From the human T2T-CHM13v2.0 reference genome, Homo sapiens, in NCBI RefSeq assembly GCF_009914755.1, contig NC_060933.1: DNA of 64,000 bases; one strand, written 5' to 3'. This document shows, in pieces, positions 30,747 to 48,486 of this stretch. Position numbers and translations under genes: made by a program. The notes under the pieces are model-generated. The model searched no databases. It had not been told where the DNA came from and worked only from the letters and a program-made list of their open reading frames with translations. Position 1 is the stretch's first letter. The number at the start of each line of letters is the position of its first letter.

Positions 30747-30826
30747 CTAAACCAATGCAATTATTTTTACACTGGTTTAGATTAAGAGATATCTTAGGTT
30801 AAGGGACAATACTATAAAGATACATC

Positions 30827-31238
30827 TACAGAGATATATTTTGGGGTGATATATTCCAAACTCTTTCACCACATTTCCTGGAGTTGTGCATTGTTTGTTT
30901 TAATGAGAGTGTGACAATGGTAATTTTTCTTAGCCTTAACTTTCATGTATAAAAAAATAAACAATAATAGGATCTTTTAGTATCATGTGGAAGTTTAAAA
31001 CAAGAACAAAAATTGAAAGCTATCAGAGAGCATTATTTTTGCACCTGCCATTTTTAACATGCATTTTCTTCAAAATACTCAATATGCCATAAAGGTTAAT
31101 ATGGTGTGGTTCTGTGTCCCAGCTCAAAACTCACATCAAATTGTATTCTCCAATGTTGGAGGCAGGGCCTAGTGGGAGGTAATTAGATCATGGGGGTGGT
31201 TTCTCATGGTTTAACACCATCCCCCTTGGTGTTGTCAC
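30827..31238 (-). repeat. Two-segment inverted local duplication: 30827-~31024 = revcomp of ~26899-27101; ~31029-31238 = revcomp of ~27370-27578
   Basis: Manual alignment, e.g. atgtggaagtttaaaacaaga vs tcttgttttaaacttccacat, and gcattatttttgcacctgccattttta vs taaaaatggcaggtgcaaaaataatgc. Flanked by acatcta at 30822-30828 and 31237-31243. Confidence 0.92.
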
Positions 31239-32845
31239 ATCTATTATCTTATTTTACACTGTTAGACAAATAAAGTAGGGTTATTAATTCAAAATCATAC
31301 AGAAACTGATGTTTCTAGTAGTGTGTGGCTTTAAACTAGAGATCAATGTTATCGTACATTCTGGGAATAGACAAAAAAATTGCCAGGAGAATGGGCAGAA
31401 CAGATGTTCTGCATGAAACAATGTTAATTAGCTATAACATTCCCTCTGTCTCTCTTATCAGCAGTTGGCCCCCATTCTATACCTTACAGATTCCGACCCA
31501 AATCAGGTTTTGTCAACTTTGTAAAAAAAAAAAGCAAAAAGATGAGATATTTATGATATATTTTAATTTGTGAAAACAAAAATAGTTCTTGTTCAATGCT
31601 TAATTTTGTTAGATAACATTGATTTGTAGTTATTGCTTTAATATTTTATTATGAAAATTACTTTTCAATAGTAAAAGAATCAAGTTAAAACCAATGATAA
31701 AATGCAGATATAAATGTGTGTTTTAATCAAAACAAATATCTTAGGACTCTGATAATTAAACACACTATTTTATATACATTCATTTTCACTTGTATTCATT
31801 TTTTTAACATATGAACAAAAGTATCTTAAAATGTTTTGTGTTAGTCTGAGACAAAGTGTAAATGTCTATCTAGATATTCACACTTTTGCTGCAATTGCAT
31901 TCTGTAATGGCTTTAAACTTTATTCTTTAGAAATGTAATAGTGTTTCAAATTTAATCACTTTTGTTCTGCTGTTCTGCAGAATTACACAGAAATATGCTT
32001 ATGCTTAAGCTAAAGATCACATTTTCTTATGAATGTTTTTAACATTTTTATTTACTGAGAGATAAATAGGTTCAAATGTATCTTCTGTATACAGTTTTGG
32101 TTTGGTCTTTTAAAAATATTTTATTTAGAAAAACAACTATTTTAAGTAAATAAATTAACTGGTTATTATGTCTTCAATGTTTTTATTTATGTCATATTAT
32201 AATTAAATATCTTGCTTGTGAGAAATGTCCTTACTAAAATATCTACTAATAGTGCAACATTTTAGAGCTCAGAAGGTACTTTCAATTTAATCTAGTCTAG
32301 TCTTAAAGTAATTATATGAAAATAGTAACATTCAAGAAAACCATATGACATGGGCTTCTGGAATAGCTGGATTATGATTTAGACTAGGGGTGGCAAGCTC
32401 AAATTCTTCAGTGGTCAGAAAGGAAATATAAACCTGTGAGACAAACAGCGAAAGCAATGGGGCTGTGGCTTGTCTTTAGGAAGTGAAGAGTGCATGCCAA
32501 CTGAAATGCACTGAAATCTATTAGCAAACAAACAAAAAATATAGACTATCCAAGCAGGCAAGCAACATAAACTGAGGCAGTCATTCTTAATAATGCTGCT
32601 GGCCTGATTTGGCTATGAGTTTGAGAGCCGTGACTTAGATCTTCCACTGACCACTCCAAGTCTCTTTCCAATATAACCCAGTTTCTAATGTTAGATAAGG
32701 AAATGTACTAGTTTTACTTAAAAGACTAGACCTAAAAAAACTTGCCAAATAGGTTTTGGAGACACCATATACACAGAGTACCGTTTACTTACTTTCGAAT
32801 TTTGATAATGTTAAACTTAACCTGAGACCTGTGGTTTCTAAAGAG

Positions 32846-33412
32846 TGATGGTTAAAGAAATCCCCAACCTGTGTATTCCTGACAAGGCTACTGCAAAGAA
32901 TCACCCTTCTTCAAATGATTTGCAGATGACACCTTTGTTCCCTATGACAAGGCCAGACATATCCTCCAAATTCTCATTCTTTACCTGAATGATGAATAGC
33001 TTTGCTGTTTTTACCCACAAAGAAATCTGGACTAAATACCTGGCTTATCTGACTTTAGTGAAACTTCTCTCCTTTCCTTAGGCCCCTGAACTTTGACTCA
33101 TCCTCATTTTGATCCAGAAACACATTTATTCTCTAAGGGACCCTTCTGAGAAGCTGCTTAACTCAGGGAAACACACATTCCCTGTGGTCCCATCATACCA
33201 CTCACCTCTTTCCACTCGCCCATACTGCATTTTTTTCTAGCCTTGTCTGCTCCTCCCTATTAAAAGAAGAGCCTTTTTCTGCCTGACCTTGAAGACTTTT
33301 ACAGATCTTATGGTAGGAACTTTCTCCCATTGCCATCAAGAGTTCCCTTCACCTTATTTTAATAATCTTTTCAAACTGGTTTCTTCTTATCTAATTCCAG
33401 ATTTGTATGACA
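32846..33412 (+). mobile_element. ERV1 solo LTR, MER67-like
   Basis: cctatgacaaggccagaca...ttctagccttgtctgctcctccctattaaaagaaga, ending tgaca. Confidence 0.6.
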
Positions 33413-33461
33413 ATGTAAACAAACCATTATGCTTTTAGAACTCAGATTTAAACATTTTTGA

Positions 33462-36900
<3,439 letters not shown>

Positions 36901-36918
36901 ATATTTATCTTTCAATGT

Positions 36919-37648
36919 TGTAGTAAAGTTTAAACCTTTTCTCTGAAGGGTTGATGATTGAGTCATCCTGTCAAAATATACTTATAATGGACAGATTAAC
37001 AGGAGAAAAGGCATGTAAATCGATTAATCTGCACATAGATAAAGGGGTTTTCCAAATATGAGACTCCAGGAAGAGTCAGATGGTTGAGGTTTAAAGAGCA
37101 CACTCCTCACAGGAGAGAGGAAGATAGGGAATGTAAGTATTATGAGGGGTAGTTAAGTGATTTTCAGGAGAGATATGTGAGCCCAAACAACAGGCAATAG
37201 CCAGGGACAAAGTTCCTCTGAGCTCTGGCAGGAGAAGGTGGTGGGAAGGTGAGGGGTGGAACTTAGCCATGAACAAAAGTTACCTTATTATGCAGGTAAA
37301 GTATCCCAGGTAACCTCTAGAGCTGTCTCAAAGAATAGCTGGAAAGGCTATCTTAGCATGGTGGCAAAGTTTAGTATTTCCTCTTCTCTGGTGGTTAATC
37401 TTTTCTGATAATTTGATAAGAATTCTAGGGAGAAGGTCTTAAGGCAATTGCATTTTTTTGAAAGAAGTTTTTCTCAGACAGATAACTTCCAGAGACAGAC
37501 ACTCCCTGAACTTGGGAGAAAGAAAAAAGAGAAAGCTAGCAAGTCCTTGATTCTCAGGTAGCTTCTAGGCCTTCTAATTGCCTTTAATTTAAAAGTGCTT
37601 AGCATGCCAAAGCACCAATTTTGGGTTATTTTTCTCTGTGCCCCAATA
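36919..37648 (-). mobile_element. ERV1 solo LTR, MER4 group (LTR48/LTR29-like)
   Basis: Revcomp starts tattggggcacagagaaaaataacccaaaattggtgctttggcatgctaag. 4-bp TSD ATGT at 36915-36918 and 37649-37652. Confidence 0.75.
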
Positions 37649-38537
37649 ATGTTCACTTTGATGAACTGATTTTTGGTGTTAAATACTAATTTTTATGTAA
37701 ATACCAAAATGTTATTATTTTCCCATGCATGACAGGTAAATTGCATGTTATAAGAGTGTAAGCTGACAACAGTTTTCCCTATATTAAGTTGAAAAGATCT
37801 ATTTTTTTGTAAGTCAATTTATTTAGGTACATAATTTACATATGAAATTTGACCGATTTTAAATATAAAATTTGATGAATTTGATAAATGTCAAGTAACC
37901 ATTATCTCAATGATGTGGAATTCCTTTCACTAACTAAAATATTTCCCCTTGTACTCTTTTCAATCAATTGCCAACCCTTACCCTGAGCCTCTAGCAACAG
38001 CTGATTTGTTTTCTGTTGCTATAATTTTATGTATTCTATAATTTATCTAAATGAAATTATACACAGGGTAGCCATTTGTGTCTTCCTTCTTTCACTTAGC
38101 AGGATGGATTTTTTCCTATCAGTTGTCTATCAGTTATTTGTTTCTTTGTATTGCTGATCAGTGCTCCATTGTAAAATGTAACCACAATTTGGTCATCCAT
38201 TCATCAGTTGATGACATTTAGGTTGGTTCCAATTTTGGCATTCAATTAATTTTGATATATATGAGGAAAGAAGCAAGGTTTATTTTTGTGCACAGGAATA
38301 GTCACTTGTTCTGGTATCATTAAATGAAAAAAAACTTCCTAAATTTAATTACTTCGCCCCTAGATCCAATATTAATTTTCTATATACGTGTGGGTTTATT
38401 TCTGAACTCCGTTTTGTTTCACTTATCCATATGTTTGTTCTTATGTTCATCTCACACATTTAATTTACTCTAGCTTTAAAGCAGTCTTAAAATCAGGTAA
38501 TATAATATTCCAAATTTACAATATTAAAAAATGCTTT

Positions 38538-39512
38538 TGATACAGGAGCTAGAAAGAAATTATTTAGGCAGATAGTAAGGAGAACAGAGTCCTCGGTAGA
38601 ATTTCCCTTTTAACAAAAAGCAGCCCCCAAATCATTTATTTTCTAACAAAGAGCAGCCTGAAATATCGAGCTGCAAACACCGATAAGCAAGCTGGAAGCT
38701 TGCACAGGTGAATGCCAGCAGTTGTGCCAACAGAAAAGGGTTACCTGAGGGCCAGGCATGTTCAACATGGAGGCTCCATCTTCCCTTTTCTTCGTCAGCA
38801 CATGTACAGTAAAGAAACAGGCAACATGGCGCAGGTCAGGAAGCGAACACGTCTGCGTGATAAAAGATTAGGGTGGGGGCAGCCCCGTTCCCGTGCACTA
38901 TGCAAATGTACACCTAGTCCTAACAAGTTTTTTGCGCCTTATGCAAATGATACACTTGGTCTGACCAATCTTTTGTGCCCTATGTAAATCAGACACCACT
39001 TCCTCAAGCCCATATATAAAACCCTTTGCATTCCACCAGGGAACCAGCAACCCGTTTCTCCAGCACCCCTCTCTGCAGCAGAGAAAGATTTTCTCTTTCT
39101 TTTTCTTTTCTATTTATTTATTTTTTTTTTTTTTTAGACATTCTTGCTCTTGTCACCCAGGCTGGGTTTCAGTGGCAAGATCTTGGCTCACCGCAACCTC
39201 CACCTCCCAGGTTCAAGCAATTCTCCTGCCTCAGCCTCCCGAGTAGCTGAGATTACAGGTGCGTGCCACCACACCCTGCTGATTTTTGTATTGGCCAGGC
39301 TGGTCTCAAACTCCTGATCTCAAGTGATCCCCCTGCCTCAGTCTCCCAAAGTGCTGGGATTACAGGCATGTCATGCCCGGCATGAGATTTTCTCTTTCTT
39401 TTGCCCTTTAAACTTCCTCTCTGAACCTCACTCTTTGTGTTCTTCTCCTAGTTTTACGTGGCTGTGAGACAACAAATTTCATGTATTTATCCCAGACAGT
39501 GATGCCACTTCA
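38538..39512 (+). mobile_element. ERV1 solo LTR, LTR9-like, containing an Alu
   Basis: tgatacaggagctagaaagaaattatttaggcagatag...gatgccacttca. 4-bp TSD CTTT at 38534-38537 and 39513-39516. Confidence 0.8.
39104..39381 (-). mobile_element. Alu (AluSq/Sp-like) with an internal deletion
   Basis: 18-bp TSD agattttctctttctttt at 39086-39103 and 39385-39402. gatttttgta|ttggccagg lacks the tagtagagacggggtttcaccatg block. Confidence 0.93.
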
Positions 39513-42500
39513 CTTTGACTACTTTAGTTATAAATTTTAGATTCAGCTTTTGTACTTCTATAACAAGAGCTTGTTGGAATTTTGATAGGTATTTTATTGA
39601 GCCTATAAATCAATTTGGGAAGAATTGACATCTTAATAATATTGAGTCTTTAAGAACATTGAGTCTGTGTTCATTCATTAAGATCTTCTTAAAATCTTTC
39701 AGCAATATTTTATAAATATTAGTGAAAGGTTGTGAATATTTTAAATGTACTACTTTGTATAGAATATTTTTGATGTCTTTTAAATGGTGTTTTAAAAAAT
39801 ATGTTTACTATTACCTGTTTTAGCCTCAGAATTTTTACATATTTTTGAAAAATTTTATACAAGGTCAATTGGCTGGCCCATTCTTTGTGTTTGTTTATAG
39901 TTTTCTTTCTCTCTGTCTTATTCTTTCTTTCAGTATTTCTTATGTAGCTTTTTTTTTTTTTTTTGGCAACTTATCACCCAGGGTCCCCAATGTACAACCC
40001 CATTTTGTAATGTTGCTTTGGGTTCTTGTCTTCTTTTGATATTACAGATATAGTTAACTACTGAATGGGGAGATGAGTTCATACTCTCGAGGCAAGCCTG
40101 CTTCTTTCCATGTCTTATTGCCTCCTGATACATAGAACTTTCTGTAAATGATAACCAAGCCTATGATTGGACTGGGAATTTTATTTATTCTCCATTGTAG
40201 AGCATGGGCCAGCTCCACCCTAAACTCAGATTTCAAGCTTTGAACTTTACTCTTGCACCTCCTATGGAGCATCTTTAGTTTCTGTTGCCTCTAGAATGTC
40301 AATATCCCAGCCACTATTGCCTCTCCTTCACAAGGAGCCCAGCGTATCTATAAGTAGCAAAATTCAATTCGTTCTTTGTTTGTTTAGTTGTTGGTCCTCT
40401 TTTTCTCTTCTTTGCTCAATTAGGTCTTTTTTGCTTTAGCCATATTTAAAATTACCTGTCATTGGTATGTATTTCTAGCCGAACACTTGTATCAAAGCAT
40501 GAACTTCTGGCATTGTGCTATCTGTAAGTTCTACTATATAAAATTTCAAAGTTTCTATATCAGATAATTATAGACTATCATTTCTTGAGTTTTAGTAAAG
40601 AATTTCTGGTTCAAGTAAAGACATCCAAAATCAAATTAGCCTTGCTTCTGACATCTAATGTTACTTTGAATCCCAGACTCTAAGAAATTATACTCTTATT
40701 ATTCTGTCTTTTCAGTTGCAACTGTTGAGGCTTAGATAGGCAAGTGATATTCTTTTAAATATCACACAGCTCTTGCTTTATAGAGGAAAGACTAAATGGA
40801 ATCTTGAGGTTTCCTAGGTGGGTCTGCATGCTATCCAATCAACCCATATCCAGTGACATTCGAGACAGAGCCGTGCCTACTGCAGGACAAAAGAATATAA
40901 CATCTGGCAATTAATGTCCCCATAATTCTTGAGTATAAGGCAAGAAGATCCATATTTTCCTGTGGAAATCTCGATTATGAGAGACAAATAAATATAAAAT
41001 ATTGAATATTAAAAACAATTTGAATCCCATAATTTTTATGGCCAGATACAAAAAAAGAATATGTATTTTCTAGTTGTATGCAGAATTTGAAATGTGAAAA
41101 AAATTCAAACAAAAAGTTATTTGTTTTATAAAACATCTCTAGAGCAATTGGAATGAATGCTTATCCTTGCATTGATTAAGCTCACTTTTTTGGGGTCTTT
41201 GTAAAGTCGTAGTTGAAGTTTTAAATTCGTCTGAGTTTTCTTTCTTGTTCCATTACTAAAGATGAGCCTTCTTAGTATGCTGCCTTAAATTATCTCTTAA
41301 ATTGTAATACTTCTTTGGAAATTCTACAATTCTGCATATACAGAGAGAAATGTATTCTGAGAATATAAAATTTCAGAAATATGCTTAAAAAGTAAACATA
41401 ATTTTGAAAGCTCAAATGTATTAAATAAAAGTAATTGTCTTTAAAATTGACTCCAGTATATTCTATAGAGCACTTTAGTATTATTTGAGTTTTCTCTATT
41501 CCATGAAAATGAAGGCTCATGTGTTGCAAATAAAACAAATGACTTACCCAAAATAACTTAGTTGCCATGTCTACACAGTGCATAGAGACTGGCAATTTTT
41601 GGTGGAATGTAGGTGGTATGCACAGGCAATCCAGAATATGCTAGCCAACATTTTTTTTTAATATTGTCTCTTTTATTTGGGTAAAAATGGAAACAGAAGG
41701 GCAAAACGCTATAGTGGTAATGATTAGAACTTATTAAGTATTTAGTAATTATACATACCTTTATAGTATGACTTAGAATCTTTTTAAAAAATTGAAAGCA
41801 CATTACTATCTGTTCTTCTTGAGTTTACTATTGATATTCATTGTCACCCTAAGAAAATTTCAGTAGGAAAATTTAAAAAAAAACATTATTTTTGTGTTGA
41901 TTTAGGGAACACTAATACTTTGACAATGCTTTATGTAACTTTTCCATTATCCAAGCAGCAGAGTAAGCCTGAGTGGGTGCTTAATAGACATGATTAATTG
42001 GATGTGTAAGTATCTGTATTGTCATTTATGTTGCTCCCTCTGATTAAAATTCCTTTCTCATTCTAGCCAGCTTAGAAAATGTCTAATTAACTTTTGACAC
42101 TCAGATACTATTATTAATCTCTCCCTCATACAAATCTGACCACACCTTCCTTTTTGTGCCCAGTTAATCATAAGTGTCTACTGGTGAAAACATTATTTGA
42201 AGACAAAAAACATTTCCTTCACTACTATATCCATTGCATGGTTATTGGTACTGTAGATATTAATAGTAGGGAGATACGTCATAAAAAATATCCTTTCTCC
42301 TTTACTGTAATTTTATGATCAATAGACACAGACATCTTGGTTGTACATATTGAGTTGATTACACAGTAATTTAAAAAATGGTGTGCTGTTGGTTGAAGTC
42401 AAAACATATATTGATTTTGAATGGTTTCATATGTAAAATATATCAACATAATCATAAATTAGATAATCGTGAATGAAATACAATATTCATCAAAATCTCA

Positions 42501-43920
42501 TATAGAAAAAAGTTTTAACAATAATGGGATAAACTATATTCCCACAGGATGTGCAAGATAAGTATACACTTAAATATCTATGAAATAAATTTTATGCAAA
42601 TGTGACCATGGGACTTCAAAAAATATGCAATTCTTAATTACTTATTATTACTTTATAAATATGCTATATCTATAAAAAATTGGTAAAAGAAAACATTCTA
42701 AATAGGTTATCATGTAAGTGCAAATATTTCTTTTTTTCTAAATGTTTGAAGGACCATAGCTTAAGAAATTATGTTAGAAGCCTCAGTAGAATCTTAACTA
42801 TTTAGTAATTATACATTGTTGTAGAAGTCACAGAACCCTCTGAGTTTCTCTTCCTCATTCTATAAATTTCCAGGGCACTTTTAAGATTAAATGTATGTAG
42901 GCACTATTTGTAAAATGTTATATTATTATTATTTTTAAATTCATATCATAGAAAATCATAAATGAATAATTAAGATAAATTTAGTTTAAGCATATTTTAT
43001 TGTATTTTATGAGGATGACAGATGTTTTATAAATGCCAATAAAATTACATGTTTTAGCCAAGTATGTTTCTAATAATGATAGTAATTTTTCAGTTATGTT
43101 TTGCAATTTTTCTTTAGAATGAAAATACTGCTCATTACCTATATTCATCTCAGAAATACAATTTCTAAAGCAATTTTTTGCCATTTTCTTTATTTTTCAG
43201 ATTGCACCTTACAAATTATATTTTCATGCTCTCTACTAGATAACGATATAACCATAAAAATTTGCAAGGGGAAATTAATAAGTGAATTTATATTCTGTAT
43301 TAATTCAAGATAAACTTGAAGTCAGTTTTTTTGTGTGCTTTTTGGAGGGGTTTGCCTTATTTTTAAATGTTGAAATCAGTTTGAAAATAATTATGTTCAT
43401 ATACATATTTATAGTTTTGTTACCATATTTATTAAAGGTGAAAAGGGGGCTTTTAACACATCATTTAAAATATAGGATTAGAATTTACATATGTAGTTTT
43501 GAAGTGACAATGACTTACTCTATTTTATATCATCTCTTTATAATATCTGACTACATTATTTTTCAGCTAAGATAAAACCATTTGAGATGGACTTTCTATT
43601 ACAATCATTGATGGTTTATCCATATGTCCTCATACTTTTAGGCCATTTCAAACTTGTTAGGCCAGTGTTATTTTAAAATTACAGTGGTAGGCTATATTAT
43701 TCAGGCATTTTATTCACTACATTTTTATAGGATTGCATTGATTACTTAGACTGCTTTTGTCAATAGTTACAGAAAACTTAAAATGACTTAAAAATAAGAA
43801 ACTTGATTAGCTCATACAATTGGAATTCAGATGTATAAGAGGCTTTATTTGGATTTAATTCAGCCAGTGTGGTCTCATTTCTCTAATTGTTTGGGTATCT
43901 CCCTCCTCTGGGGTATCTCT

Positions 43921-44245
<325 letters not shown>

Positions 44246-46818
44246 CTCTGGGGTACCTCTTAATCATTCATGTTCGTAGAAAAATGGCTCTAGCTTTCCT
44301 AAGCCTTTCATTTGCATATCTAGCAAATTAAGACCAATTTCTTCTTCCTAACTTTCTTTTAACAGTAAGGACTTTCATCCATAATCTCCAGTATGCTTCC
44401 CCTTGGCTGTCCATGACCCCAGCTGGGTCATATGCCCATTCATGAACTAACCTTTAGACTTCAGTCTGGGTATCTGACAGATCATCAACAAAGGAGATGA
44501 CTGATCATAATTATGTGAGTTTTAATCATGACCTACTGTGTGAGATTGGAACAAAATATAAGCTGTCTTCAAAATATAAGACAGCTGAACAAAAAAGAGA
44601 GGCCTACAATGTTATTGGAAAATAACAATACTCTCTACAAGTATTAACTGTTTACAAAATACTTTTACATCCATTATCTCACACTAAATTTAAATGACAG
44701 TTCTAAATGCTGCTCCTTTCGCAGTTGCCCTGAGAATACATATGTTAACCCTTCCAACTCTATAATCCTTATCAGCATTATATCCCGTGTAACAGTCTCC
44801 TAAATATCTTTGGAGTCCCAGAAAATAGTCATGTGTTTCATCAAATGCCAGGCATCAATATACAACTTGTTTCTGTATTTACTGAAAAATAGTTAAAGAA
44901 TAAAAGTTAATCTTTCTTTAAAAATTATTTTCATTATTGAAAAAAACAGTAATTCATATAATATTATCCATTAAAAAAATACACTGTTTCAGTATCCTAA
45001 GGCTAGGACTTTGCATACCAAACAACCAGACTGAAGCAGAGCTTATTTAATGATTAGAGTCATGTGAAAATCTGGACAGATTTCTACAGCATTCTTTTGG
45101 TTGCTAGATATATTTAAATTGGCACAATAGTGGCAAGATCACCTGTGTAGTTTTCTTGATTTATGGATGTATGTAGATTAATATTTTTCCATGGAATCTC
45201 ACTTTGCTATTTAGTCATTAGAATACATGCCTCTTATTTTATTTTTATACTCCAAACAAATACTCTGAATCACCACCAGAAACAAATGTCTTCTTTATAT
45301 TATAGGTTTTGCTTTATTTATTTTCTCAAAATAGTAGATTTAGTAAAAGATGCAAACTCAGCTCTTACAATGTGGCACAAAAATAATCCAACTTTGGCCT
45401 TAGGGAGACCATATATGCACTAATGTCTGATGATTAAAAACAGCAACAAAATCAACAAACAATTTAGCAATTTTAAGCCTCTTACATTTGTTCAAAATGA
45501 TTTAACTATCTTATTGAAACAAAATCACTCCAATATTTAAGCCAAAAATTCATATTATTTCTGTATAGAAGAGAAGAACCCAGGGATTGGAGAAACGTTA
45601 AATTAATAATAACTCAGTAAAGAATTCTTTTTAAAGAATGAGTATAATAGCCTTCTTCTGTCGCTCACCTAACGAACAACACACAACTGCCCAATCAAAG
45701 TCTTGCATATTGAAGATTAAAAAAGAGAAACAAAATTTTCAAACTTGGTAAGGCACGAGTATTTTCTTAATAATAGTTTTCACATAAGAAGGTTATGGTG
45801 TATTAGCAAACATCTAACAGTATTTATACTGCTGCTTATTTGAAAAGCAGTGCTACTTTTAAGGAATCAGGTTAACTCTGCTTTTGACTCCTCGTGGTAT
45901 TGAACTGTCTGTTGGAGATGAAAATTAGTAGTACGTATGCCAAACCATATCTTTCTGTTCCCTGTTATTGGAGGGAAGGACAAGAGCTTCAGAGTGGACT
46001 AATTCCTTCTGTTTATCTCAGACTATACTAGGATATGGTTGTAATTTTGACTAATTTGGAGAGGTGGCTGCATCTCCAACTGTTCATTCTGGCATTTATT
46101 AAACATTTTACAGTAGTGGCTGCTTCTGTTAGCTGCCTGCCTTGTAGTCTCATCTGTCAGCTCCCATGAAAAATGAATGGCTTCATTTCACACAATGTGT
46201 GACTGTCATCACCCTGCCCAAACGTTTTTGTTGTAATCTATGTGATTTCATAGCTGAATTGTTTTTGTTCTTTAAGTGATGTGGGTGTCTGCATGCCAGT
46301 GATTTCTAGTTTCAATATTTATTTCATTGGAAGTGGTCACCTATGGTGTTTTCAAACACTTTGACTAGAGATGGGTCAAATACAATTGCAATAATTTAAA
46401 CCTACATGCAGACAATTATATAGTTTCCAATACAAATGAAAGCATAACTATTTTATTGACATAGTTAATGAATATTCACACTGTAACTTAATTATGGGAA
46501 AATCTACATATCCATATGCAAATTTATAATATGTTTTTGAGCAATATAAAGACACATTTGGCCCTCTTTCCCTAGTTGGTGGGTACATAAGAAGAGAGAT
46601 GTACTGTCCTTAATATAAATGCCTTTAAGGTTTTCCTATATATAAGAGGATTTATTTTTTATGTTATATACATATATATTTAATTTTGATGTTTATTGTT
46701 TTGCCAAACAACTTTTATTCCACTTCTTTATATTAGTCATCTCCTAGTTTTTTATTACCGGTGTGTTTAGGATTCAGTAATATGCATCTTTGCTTATTAT
46801 CTTTGTGTTTATTGGTAA

Positions 46819-47191
<373 letters not shown>

Positions 47192-48486
47192 AAGTTTTTT
47201 TCTTTAGTTTCATTAAATATCCAAGTTTTAAAAAAGTTAAATAGTGTTGTAAATCCCTGAACTTATGCATTTTGAGTGTGAAGCCTCTGTGTTCCTGACC
47301 TACTTTGCCACGCAGAGACCTGTAGCCAACAGGTGCTAGGCATCTGTGCCTCAACTATTCACAGGCGCTGCTAAATATGTTTTTGACTTTCAATATGTGA
47401 AACACTGTTAAATTATGGAAAGACATGGTGATGACGGAATTTTCATTCCCATCGAATTTTCCATTCAAATTTCCCATCAATATTTCAAACAGTATTTTTA
47501 CTTCTTTTGTAGTTTCACCAGAGAGAGCAAGAATCCTGATAAATAGCATCTCCCACTAATGTAGATTGGCTACTGAGTATATCACGTCTTGAAGAAGGTA
47601 TAAACACAACTCTTGAGGGAGGGAGAACAACTTCCAGTCTAGTTAAGCTAATGTCCATTACAGACATATGATATTTCACAATAAGAGACAGTCTTTATGA
47701 TGATTGTCCTAATGTCTCCTTTAGGAAAAAAGTGAGACCCATCAAACAAGAAATTGAATGGATAAGATTATGAGATTTTGAATCAATAAATAGACTGCAT
47801 GTTTAAAAGAAAAAAAGTCTTTTAGACTCATTATCTAATTATTATCTAATATGTTTTGTAACACAAAATTTATTGCTATAACCAATTACATTGATATACC
47901 CAGGCAGGTAAAATGAACTGAAACCACAAGGAAAGGGGATACTTACATCCACATTATGTTGTATGTTTAATGTAAGTGTAGATCCTGGATAGTAGACAGA
48001 AATGCCTTTAAGTAAGTCGCTAATATCCTACCTCCCAAAAGCTCATGTTATTTTTTATAGTATCTTCAGATTATGAAATAATTCTGAGAAGGTTGATTTT
48101 GTTTGACCTCCCAGCATCTGATGAGTTTTGCAACTGCTGTTTTAAATTAGAATTAAATACATAAACATGGTAAGACATGATGGCAGCCTCTGCATATTCT
48201 GCAGAGAATGGTTTAATATGAAGCAAAAAAGAAAACATCAATTTGATTATGAAATAATCATCATTATCACATTTTCTTTACAGGTTACAAAAAAAAGACA
48301 AACATAAAATTACATACAATGATTACACTGTCACCACCCTAACCCCCCAACCCTCTCATACAAAGATAAAAAATAAATAAATTTCTTTAGTTGTTTCAAT
48401 TGCTGTGGAATCATGAAATTTTGTCAAAGCCCAAATGATTTGCCCAAACCCTACATATTGTTTCAAGACCTTGTTTATATTGTACT

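Larger units (their letters stand above)
37805..39810 (-). mobile_element. L1ME/MD-like 3' region, interrupted by an LTR9-like LTR
   Basis: Antisense 3' UTR motifs (cctctagcaacagctgatttgttttctg). ORF2-like sequence resumes after 39516 (aaatcaatttgggaagaattgacatcttaataatattgagtct). Confidence 0.65.

Noticed and set aside
30776-30806. Two short matches (tttagattaagaga, ttaggttaaggga) to the reverse complement of ~27759-27773 as extra templated pieces
   Set aside because: Only 14-16 bp with mismatches in AT-rich DNA, so not distinguishable from chance by eye.
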